A program made the position numbers and the translations under genes. Of a stretch of DNA of 64,000 bases, positions 8,856-18,735 are shown piece by piece. The notes below the pieces were generated by a model. It had not been told where the DNA came from. It did not search any database and saw only the letters and a program-made list of their open reading frames with translations. This DNA comes from Azolla caroliniana (taxonomy: Eukaryota > Plantae > Polypodiophyta): the NCBI GenBank assembly GCA_043228905.1, contig JBHGNT010000021.1:2480001-2544000 (forward strand), written 5' to 3'. Within the stretch, counting starts at the first letter, position 1; every line of letters begins with the position of its first letter.

Positions 8856-10982
8856 ATGAGGGGGTCGGATCTCGCAGAGGCCATGGCTTCGGCCGTGGAT
8901 CGGATCGTAAACGCGCGCGAGGGTACCGGTGCCCTCGACAGAGCTATTGAGGCGGTCGTCGGCACGATCGGCCGGTTCGATGGGAGGGATGCCACGAAGT
9001 ATCTGGCGTCCTACGGTGCAGAAATGTTGATGCGGGACATTCCGGAAGAAAGGCGTCTTGCCGGTTTTCCCCGAGTGGCAATGCCGAGCATCCATGCGGA
9101 GGTGCTCGAGGTGCGGGCGGAGAGCCGTACCTAGGAGGAGTTCGAAGGTCGGCTCCTAGAGAAATACGGGCTGGACGACGCGCTCCGGCTTTCGAAGCGA
9201 AGGTTCATGGAATGGGTGGAGTCCCCGGGGAAGGGAAGAAACGCGTCGGCACTCCTCCGGGAGTTCGAGGAAAACTTTGCGCGCCTTTCGGCGCTCGACC
9301 GAACCATCCTGGACACGAGCCGGGTCTTGCTGTTTGTCAAGTCGGTCGACGAGCGGGATCGGGAGCAAGTGGGCCTCTTGCTGGAAACCGAAGACGGGCT
9401 CACTACCGACTGGGCGGCTGTCAGGAAGGTCTGTGGCCGTTTCGACAAACGGCGAGAATGGGCGGATAACGGGGCGACTGGGTCGGGCTCGGTCGCAGCA
9501 AGGAAGCTCGAACCAGCGCCACAGGTGCGCAAGGAAGAGACCCGGGAGTGGTTGGAAACCGGTTCGGCTTCGACCGGCGTAGTCAGAGGCTCAACCGGAG
9601 GAGCGGCGCTGGAGGAATTGACGAAGGCGATAAAGGACCTCCAAATCGCGCAGGCCCGAAGGGAAGGAGGCGAACCGGCTCGTGACCGACGGCCGGCGGC
9701 AGGAAACAGGTGCATGTGGTGCGATGAAGTCGGCCACGTTCGGAAGGACTGCGGCGACTTCGCGGAGGCGCTGAGGGACCGGGTGGTGTACCTGTGGGAA
9801 GGACGGGTGCATGCCAGCGACACCCGAAGGGCCCTGAGCCGAAACGACGGAAAGGGTGGTATGAAAAGGTTGATGGAAGAGGCGGCGGCCCGACACGCGG
9901 AAACCGTCCACTACTCGGCGTCGGCCGGCATTCGAGTCGGGGGCGGCGAGGCCCGAAAGGAAAGCAAAGCCGGATTCTGGCCGACGATGCTGGAAGGCCT
10001 TGCCGGTGCAGGGCTTAAAAGGGAGGAATCGGACCGTGCGGAGAAACGGGTACGGGAGATGACCGGGTGGAGCGACCCGGTCGAGGAAAGGACGGGCTTC
10101 GTGGAAGCCGCTTGCCGGAACTACGAGGCTCTGGTAGAAGAGAAGCGGGTGGGAAAACCCGGGACGACCGGGCCCTCACAACGATACGAGACCCGGTCCG
10201 GGCCACGACGGGACGAAGCCGGCAGGGCCGGTACGCAAGATAAACCCCAGAAGGGCGGGTACCGTCTGGGGACGGAGATAGAAAGAACCACGGACTTACG
10301 AAAGGTCCTGGAGGAACGGATCCTCGACAGCAAGGTGGAGCTGTCGCTACGGGAGGTGCTTGGAATCGCCAAGAAGGAGTTCCACGACTCCATCGTGGAC
10401 TTGGTGAAACGGAAGAGGCTGTCAACGGAGACAGAACCGGAAAGACCGGTGGAAGTGCGGACGACGCACCTAGACGACATGGCGCTGGGAGACGAGTGGG
10501 CGGAAAGCCACTATTCGAGACCGCACTGGGCCCGAGCGACCACGGAAACCCCGGTGAAGATCGGCGATGTCCAGGAACCGGTGATAGCTTTGGTGGACCA
10601 CGGATCGGAGATCAATTTGATGTCCATGGACTTCTATAAGAAGGGCAAATGGCCGATCAACACCAAGCACGGGTGGAAAATAAGGGCAGCAACGCGCGCC
10701 ACCGAGGAACTGCACGGGGCCTGTCCGAATGTGCGAGTCAAGATCGGCGACGTCGAGATTGACCAGCACTTCTTCGTGCAGGAGACGTCTTCGCATCCGG
10801 TCATACTGGGAGAGCCGTACATCACGGCGGCGCGAATGGAGACCAAGGTGCTGGACAATGGTTCGGCCTATGCGCGGGTCAAGAGCCAGGACGGCCGCCA
10901 TTCGGTCCAGTTTTTGACGGTTAGGCCGAACCACGAGCGTAACCGCGACTCCCTCGGTTCCGATAACCGAGAGGATTTTTAG
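8856..10982 (+). CDS. Element B Gag-protease ORF with one in-frame TAG at 9132-9134
   Basis: ORFs 8829-9134 and 9207-10982 share a frame. Contains the CMWCDEVGHVRKDC knuckle and the ALVDHGSEIN protease motif. The stop replaces a TGG (Trp) that is present in elements C and D. Confidence 0.85.
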
Positions 10983-13900
10983 AGAGGGCTGCCAAGGCGT
11001 GGGGCCGCGACAGTCCGGACACCCCGGGAAAACCCCACACCTGTACGATAAAACCGAAGAAACCTTGTACCATAGGTAGGGAATTTTTGTTCTCCGACAA
11101 CGGAGCGTGTGCGATGGTCGGCATCGCCGGCCGAGAGAAAACAAAGACGGAGGCGAGACTTCGAGCGTGCGGAGTTCTCGGCCCGGACGAGGAAATCAAC
11201 GGAGCCGTGGAGGCGGTCTCATTCGACGACACCTTGGGAATGCTGGGAAAGGTAGTCGAAGAAGGCCTTAACGACGACCGGACGATACCGGTGTGTTCCG
11301 AGGAGATGTACGAAGTCATCGCGGACTTCGGTCGAGGGCTCGAGTCAGTTCGGACGGCCCATGTAAACACCAAGTACAAGACTGTGGACCGGAAGGTAAG
11401 GCCAGTAGCGGCACCCTTACCGGAGGACAGCGCGTCGAGAATCAAAGGGGTTGCATCAGACCCTAGTCTACGAGATCCGGCCTGCATAGGGCACACCTTC
11501 ACTGACGAGACGCTCCGAGAGCTCAAAATCGGTGGGGGCGGGTTCCTACTGCCGACGGAGGAAGACCGGTTTCGGAGAATGCTCGGAAGGCACGGGAAAG
11601 CCTTCGCATTCTCGCCGGAGGAAATCGGGTGCGTTGACCCGACGATCGTGGAGCCGATGGTGATATTCACGGTACCGCATGTACCATGGAATCTCAAGCC
11701 AATCCCGGTTCCGAGAGCTCACATCCCGAAGTTGATGGAGCTGCTGAGGCAGAAAGTTGATATGGGAATTCTCGAGCCGTCGAGCGCCCCATATTCGAAT
11801 CGATGGTTTACCGTACCGAAGAAAAACGGTTCGCTGCGCTTCATCCAGGACCTGCAGCCGGTCAATCGAGTGACCATTCGGAACGCAGGAATCGGACCGA
11901 CCATAGACGAGTTCGCGGAGGCCTTCGCCGGAAGGTCAATTTACTCGGTCGGGGATCTATACTCAGGGTACGACCAGTTCCAGCTGGCCGTGGAGAGCAG
12001 AGACCTTACGACGATGCGAACTCCCCTCGGCCTAGTTCGGATGTGTACACTGCCGCAAGGAGGGACCAACTCGGTGGCCCACATGGTGAATGCGATGAAC
12101 AAGGTTCTGAGGGACTGTGTCCCGGACATTACCATGCCGTTTCTGGACGACATCCCGATCAAGGGATGCCCGGTGGAAGAAAAGGACGAGACGATCGGGC
12201 TGGACGGATGCCGGCGATTCGTGGCGACGCACGTCGACGACTGCGAGAAGGTGCTGCAAAGGCTAGAGGATGCGAGACTCACCTTCTCCGGGGAGAAGTC
12301 GGCCTTCGGGCAGTCAGAAATCATGGTGGTCGGACACCTGTGCGGACCATATGGCCGGAAACCGTCTCCGGCGAAGGTAGAAGCCATCTCCGCGATGAAG
12401 CCCGACTGCAGCTCGGTCACGGAAGTACGGAGATTCCTGGGGGCATGCGCGTTCTACCACATATGGATCCCGCATTACGCACACGTCGCGGAGCCACTGT
12501 ACGGGTTGCTGAAAAAGGGGCGAAGGTTCGAATGGCTAGACAAGCACGCGGAATCGGTCCGGAAGCTGAAAGAGGCCCTTGCAGCGGCACCGGCACTCCG
12601 GAAGGCGGTTTACGGGAAGGGTACCCCGGTATTCATAACGGTGGATACCAGTCCGACCGGGATCGGATGGGTCGTGAACCAGGAAGACGAGGACGGCAAT
12701 CGGTTTCCGATCCGATTCGGCGCGAAAGTCCTCAGTGAACGGCAGCGAGGGTACGCCCAGGTTAAACGCGAACTCTGGGGTATTGTTTCGGCGGTTAAGG
12801 CCGACAAAGACTACCTGATAGGGACGGAAGTGATCATCGAGACGGATTGCCTGCCGATTCTCGGTATGGTTTCCGGATGCGCGACTCCGGACCTGGCGAT
12901 GCTCAGGTGGATAGCGTACATCAAGTCCCTGGACCCGGAAATACGACACATTTCCGGGAAAGACAACGCCATGGCCGACATGCTTTCGAGGGCGAGGTTC
13001 GACGACGAGGGCGGCATGGTTTCGGAAGACGAAGAAGTCGGCGTGGATTTCTTCGAGGCGGCATACATAACGACCGACGGGATGAGCACTCCGGCGCTTA
13101 ACGAGTTCGACGCGAGCAAGTACGACGGGGAATGGCTGCAGATCGGCGGGTTTTTGAAGACGATGACGCCCGATGCGTCATGGACGAAGGACGAGGCCAA
13201 CCGGATCCGGAAGAAAGCATATCGATTCTTTCTCCGAGATGGGCATCTATGGAAGCACCCGAAGAAGAGGGACGGCGTCCCGCTCCGAGTGGTGGCGATG
13301 AAGGAAGAACAGGAGGAGCTACTGGCGGCCTACCACGACAGCCCTTGGGCTGGACACCGTGGAACGTGGGCGACGTTTGAGAAGCTGAAGGGAAAGTACT
13401 GGTGGCCGGGATTGTACCGGGACGTGCATCGGTTCGTGTCAACTTGCGAGAGTTGTCAGATGCACTCGATAGTCCGACACCGGGACGGGCTTCACCCTAC
13501 GTACCCTCCGACTATCCACTTCAAATGGATGGTAGATCTGGTGACGATGCCGATGGGGGTAGGACAGATGCGGTATCTGGTCCTAGCGCGGGAAGACCTG
13601 ACGAACCAGGTGGAAGGCCGAGCCCTTCAGAACAAGACGACCGCGGCCGTGTGTCGGTTCCTAGTCGAGGACGTGATATGCCGGTACGGGTGCGTCGGGA
13701 AGATCGTGGCTGACCGAGGGGAGTTGGACGCCGAAGAGGCCGCGGAGCTGTTCGACCGGCTTGGAGTCAAGCTCTCGCTCACCACTGCGTACAATCCGGA
13801 GGCGAATGGAAAGGTGGAGCGCGGACACGGACCGATCGTCAAGGCGTTGATTCGGGCATGCGGAGGCCAAGTCGGTAACTGGCCGCGGCTGCTACCTTAT

Positions 13901-14470
13901 GCTTTGTGGGCAGACCGGACCACGCACAGTTCGGTAACCGGGTACATGCCGACGGAGCTCATGTTCGGCCAGAAGCCGATCATGCCGATTGAACGGACGA
14001 TCTCCTCGTGGGCAACGGTCGACTGGAGGGACGAGATGAGCCGGGAGGAGTTGTTGGTCGCACGTATACGACAGCTCGAGCGGAGGCCGGAGGACGTGGC
14101 ACTGGCTACGGAGAAGCTCCGGGTGGCGAGGACAAAGAACAAAGCCCGGTTCGACCGAACGCACCGGCTACGACCGAAGAAAATCGAAGAAGGTGACTGG
14201 GTGCTCGTCTACGACAGCAGCCTCGACAACCAGCACCGAGCCACACGGAAGTTCGCACGAAGGTGGTTCGGGCCTTACGTGGTACGGAGCGCCAATGACA
14301 ACGGGACATATCACCTGGCGGAACTTGACGGCACGAGAATGGCGATACCGGTTGCAGGGAAGCGGATCAAAGCGTTCAAGAAGCGACACGACGACGAGCC
14401 AGACCCGGCTCTCCTGGTCGGCAGTGACGAACGATCCGAAAATGAAGAAGAACCGACGGGCGAGGAATGA
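10973..14470 (+). CDS. Element B Pol (RT, RNase H, integrase) in the -1 frame
   Basis: The frame is open from GGATTTT at 10973. RT LPQG/FLDD, RNase H TVDTS/ETDC, integrase HHCC and DDE, and a WFGPY motif; no chromodomain. Confidence 0.92.
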   Translation, partial: GFLERAAKAWGRDSPDTPGKPHTCTIKPKKPCTIGREFLFSDNGACAMVGIAGREKTKTEARLRACGVLGPDEEINGAVEAVSFDDTLGMLGKVVEEGLNDDRTIPVCSEEMYEVIADFGRGLESVRTAHVNTKYKTVDRKVRPVAAPLPEDSASRIKGVASDPSLRDPACIGHTFTDETLRELKIGGGGFLLPTEEDRFRRMLGRHGKAFAFSPEEIGCVDPTIVEPMVIFTVPHVPWNLKPIPVPRAHIPKLMELLRQKVDMGILEPSSAPYSNRWFTVPKKNGSLRFIQDLQPVNRVTIRNAGIGPTIDEFAEAFAGRSIYSVGDLYSGYDQFQLAVESRDLTTMRTPLGLVRMCTLPQGGTNSVAHMVNAMNKVLRDCVPDITMPFLDDIPIKGCPVEEKDETIGLDGCRRFVATHVDDCEKVLQRLEDARLTFSGEKSAFGQSEIMVVGHLCGPYGRKPSPAKVEAISAMKPDCSSVTEVRRFLGACAFYHIWIPHYAHVAEPLYGLLKKGRRFEWLDKHAESVRKLKEALAAAPALRKAVYGKGTPVFITVDTSPTGIGWVVNQEDEDGNRFPIRFGAKVLSERQRGYAQVKRELWGIVSAVKADKDYLIGTEVIIETDCLPILGMVSGCATPDLAMLRWIAYIKSLDPEIRHISGKDNAMADMLSRARFDDEGGMVSEDEEVGVDFFEAAYITTDGMSTPALNEFDASKYDGEWLQIGGFLKTMTPDASWTKDEANRIRKKAYRFFLRDGHLWKHPKKRDGVPLRVVAMKEEQEELLAAYHDSPWAGHRGTWATFEKLKGKYWWPGLYRDVHRFVSTCESCQMHSIVRHRDGLHPTYPPTIHFKWMVDLVTMPMGVGQMRYLVLAREDLTNQVEGRALQNKTTAAVCRFLVEDVICRYGCVGKIVADRGELDAEEAAELFDRLGVKLSLTTAYNPEANGKVERGHGPIVKALIRACGGQVGNWPRLLPYALWADRTTHSSVTGYMPTELMFGQKPIMPIERTISSWATVDWRDEMSREELLVARIRQLERRPEDVALATEKLRVARTKNKARFDRTHRLRPKKIEEGDWVLVYDSSLDNQHRATRKFARRWFGPYVVRSANDNGTYHLAELDGTRMAIPVAGKRIKAFKKRHDDEPDPALLVGSDERSENEEEPTGEE

Positions 14471-15348
14471 AGACGGGCCGGTTTTCTCCGTCCCAACTCT
14501 CTTGGCGCATACCGGAGGATGCGCGGTTAGGTGGGGGCGGATGTCGTGAAGAAAACCGTCCATAGGCGGAATCGGCGCACCAAGGCGTGGGAACCGGTTC
14601 TTCACGCGCGCACGCTCCGAGTTGTACATAGAAACGAATTGAGAGGATAATCGGCAGGAACGGGCCCTAACTCAAGTGGAGACAAAGACCGCGCGAACAG
14701 TCTTTTCGGTCGCGCGCGCGAACTGTACGAGTCGGCGGCGTAACTACGCGGATCCGTGAAAAACGGAGCGGATCCCTGTCCAAAAGGGACAGGGAATAAA
14801 GCTGACACGACGGCCTGTTCGTCGGCCTATATAAGGAGCGGGAAAGAGCTGTTGCAGGGATCTGGCGCGGAGAGGACGAAGTGCTGTCGGACCGTTTCTG
14901 GACGCTTCGCTCTCTCTGTTTCCTTCCTTCTTGAGCTCCAAAGCTTTCTGTGCAGGGTTCCGGGGAGGCTCGCGCTGTTTCGAGGAACGCCCGAGTGCTT
15001 CCGGCAGCACCTCCGACCTGCTACCCCCCCCCCATTTCCCCGTTTGTGCGTCGAAGCGAACAGGCATCGGCATCTGTTCGCCGGCCTGTGCGGTTGCAAC
15101 CAACCTGTGCCCCATCGGGGGTTGTAGTCGTGTTAGCCATTTTGTTAATACACATATTTAGTCATTCGCATCCGTCTGTGTCGGTGTCTGTTCGCGTTCT
15201 CCGTGCTGAAGGGCCGTGTCCCTGTGTATCCCCGGTCCTGCGTAGCCGGTTCTCTCTCTTTCTCCTCCCTCGCTTGCTCTTTGGTTCGAGACCCCCGCGG
15301 TCCCGCCTCTATTCCACACGCACTTGCGTAATATCTCGACAGCGTTCT

Positions 15349-15904
15349 CCAAAGATGTCACGAAGTTTCGCGAGTACATGTAGATCCTAGGCGGGACCAC
15401 GGGGGTCTTGGACTAGGGAGAAGAGGATAAAGGTACAAATGGAAGATTAGCTCAAGAGGAGAAGAGAACGAATATGACATTATGATAGAAGAAGAAGAAG
15501 ATGGAGTCAAGATACTCAACAAGAAGTTCTATTAAGAAATGAATGATTACAATAATCGTGGCCGCATAGGCCACACCCCACGATATATGAAACCGTAAGC
15601 GAATTAGTAGGAAGAAGAAGAATAAGAAAACCCTAAGCGAACCCTAACCCTAAAACGAAATGGGAAGAAGGAGAACCCTAGACTAAGTGGTATACCACAC
15701 TCACACTCAAAATTAGGCAACCCCTTCATAAGTGACCCCTCCCTTCCTTTTATAGCCCAAGGAGGGAGGGACCTTACAATGTGGGATAAAATTTCCCCTC
15801 TTATCTCTATACACCATTTCCTAGTATACATGTGCACATGGTGCACACCACCGATTTGCCTATTCCACCCCGGTTTCCGCCTATGGACGAAAATCTTCAC
15901 AACA
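15349..15904 (-). mobile_element. Lone gypsy LTR F (15356-15904) retaining a spacer/PBS stub
   Basis: Homologous to the LTR at 40901-41426, with TG..CA ends. It is followed on its own strand by TCTTTGG, identical to element B's spacer plus PBS start. Flanked by GCGT(TCT). Confidence 0.85.
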
Positions 15905-18587
15905 GCGTTCTACCACATCTGGATCCCGCACTACGCACATGTCGCGGAACCCCTCTACGGACTATTGAAAGGGGGGCGTAGCTTTGAGTGGAGGACGGAG
16001 CACACGGAGTCAGTCCGGAGACTAAAGGAGGCGCTTACGGTAGCGCCAGCTCTCCATAAAGCAGTTTACGGCAAGGGAGTCCCCATCTACATGATGGTGG
16101 ACACGAGCCCGACTGGGATCGGGTGGGTGATCAACCAGGAGGACGAGGACGGCATACAGTTCCCGATCCGGTTCGGGGCGAAGGTATTGAGCAAGCGGCA
16201 GCGAGGATACGCCCAAGTCAACCGCGAACTATGGGGTATCGTTTCGGCAGTCAAGGCCGACAGGGACTACCTGATTGGGACGGAGGTAATTATCGAGACG
16301 GACTGTCTGCCGATACTCGGCATGGTTTCTGGATGCGCGACGCCGGACCTAGCAATGCTCCGGTGGATAGCGTACATTAAGTCCCTGAACCCGGAGATAC
16401 GGCACATCTCCGGAAAGGATAACGCCATGGCTGACATGCTTTCGAGAGCGAGGTTCAAGGACAAAGACAGCATGGTTTCGGATGACGAAGAAGTCGGCGA
16501 GGACTTCTTCGGGTCAGCTAACGTGACGACGAAGAAAGGGGACACTCCCGCGCTTAACGAATTCGACGAAAGCATGTATGACGGGGAGTGGCTCCAAATC
16601 GGGAGGTTCCTACGGGCGATGACGTCGGACACAACGTGGACGAGAGAAGAGGCAAGCCGGTTACGGAAGAAGGCGTACCGATTCTTCCTACAGGACGGGT
16701 GCCTATGGAGGCACCCAAAGAAAAGAAACGGCATCCCACTCCGAGTAGTGGTAAAGAAAGAAGAACATGAGGAATTACTGGCGGCATTTCACGAGAGTTC
16801 CTGGGCCGGGGACCGCGGAACGTGGGCCACATTCGAGAAGTTGAAGAAGAAGTACTGGTGGTCAGGGTTGTACCGGGACGTGCATCGGTTCGTAACGACT
16901 TGCGAAAGCTGTAAGATGCACTCCGTAGTCCGATATCGGGATGAGCTACACCCGACCTACCCTCCTACGGTCCATTTCAAGTGGATGGTGGACTTGGTGA
17001 CGATGTCGATGGGAGTAGGACAGATGCGATACCTGGTGCTTGCGCGGGAAGACTTAACGAACCAGGTGGAAGGTCGTGCACTACAGAACAAGACAACCGC
17101 AGCGGTATGCCGGTTCCTGATCGAAGAGGTGGTGTGTCAGTACGGGTGCGTCAGGAGGATCGTGGCGGACCGGGGAGAGCTGGATGTGCCGGAAGTTGAG
17201 GAGTTGTTCGACCGGCTAGGGGTCAAACTCTCCCTCACTACGACGTAAAATCCGGAGGCGAACGGGAAGGTAGAACATGGGCACGGGCCGATCGTAAAGG
17301 CGTTGGTGCATGCATGCGGAGGGCAGATCGGGAATTGGTCGCGGCTCCTTCCTTACGCACTATGGGCGGACCGAACTACGCACAATTCGGTGACAAGGTT
17401 TATGCCGGCGGAGCTGATGTATGGACAGAAGTTGATCATGTTGGTGGAACAGACGGTTTCTTCGTGGGCGGCGGTAGATTGGAAGGACGAGATGAGCCGG
17501 GAGGAGTTGTTGGCGGCGCGAATTCAGCAACTCAAGTGGAGGTCGGAGGACATGAGACAGGTGAAGGAAAAGCTACGGCCGGCAAGGGAGCGGAACAAGA
17601 CCCGGTTCAATCGGACGCACCGGTTGCGACCAAAGAAGGTCGAGGAAGGCGACTGGGTCTTGGTATACGAAAGCAGCCTTGACAATCAGCACAAGGCGGT
17701 GCGAAAGTTCGCCAGGAGATGGTTCGGGCCCTACACGGTGACGAGTGCGAACGACAACGGCACGTACCACCTCACGGAACTCGACGGGACACAGTTAGCA
17801 GTACCGGTGGCCAGGAAGCGGATCAAAGCGTTCAAGAAGCGGTTCGAAGACGAGCCGGAGCCGGCGAGCGAGAGCGACGACGATGATCGGTTTGGGCCCG
17901 GCGAAGAATCGGAGACCGACGAGTGAAGCCGGTTTTCTTCGGTATCTACCCGTCTCTGGCGCATGCTGGTGGATGTGCGGTTTAGTGGGGGTGGATGTCG
18001 TGAAGAAAACCGGCCATAGGCAAAATTGGAGAAGAAGGCGCATGAACCGGCTCTTACATAGGCGGACGCGAGAATTGATATTGTGGACATAATTCATAAT
18101 TAGGTCGGCTGATGTAAATACTAGGTAGTACACATTTATTAGGGGATTTGTGTGTATCTCTATCGAAAGGGACATGGAATAAAGCGATTTGACTAGGGAA
18201 GAAGGGTCTCCCCTTGGCGAACTATTTTGAGGGAGAGAAGCAAGAAAAGGGATCGCGCGTTGGCAAGGACGAAGTGTTGTTGCAGAACCGACGGCCGAGC
18301 TCTCTCTCTTCTGATCGTCGTTCGCTTCCAGCAGAGGCTCTCTCTCTCTCTCTTCTCCCCCCCCCCCCCCCTTTTTTTGTTTCTTCGAGTCATGTGGCTG
18401 TCGTTTGTGTGCGTGAGTAGGACCCCGTGTCAGCTCCATTACCGGGTTGCCGGTTGTAACTGTTCGAGTTGTAAGCTACTGATCATAGTAATCGGATTCC
18501 TGTTTCTTGCTCTTATTTTCTTTCTGTGTATGTGCAACTCTCTCTCTCTCTCACTCTCTCCTTGGTCCAAGACCCCCGTGGTCCCGC

Positions 18588-18671
18588 TGTTGGAGACGAG
18601 GTCGTCAATGCGGAAGATCAAGAAGCATTCGATTCTTGTTGAATACCTGCGTATGACAGATTGTAGGTCGT

Positions 18672-18735
<64 letters not shown>

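Larger units (their letters stand above)
8012..15341 (+). mobile_element. Full-length Ty3/gypsy element B (non-chromovirus, Phygy/Selgy-like), very young
   Basis: 800-bp LTRs at 8012-8811 and 14542-15341 with TG..CA ends; I saw only one difference between them. TSD GCGT at 8008-8011 and 15342-15345. PBS at 8816-8833, PPT at about 14525-14541. Confidence 0.96.

Noticed and set aside
9131-14629. Many long antisense and overlapping ORFs in the gypsy elements
   Set aside because: These are expected shadows of GC-rich coding sequence, with no recognisable domains.
15779-17248. 489-aa ORF as a standalone gene
   Set aside because: It is a chimera of antisense LTR F sequence and the continuation of E's pol.
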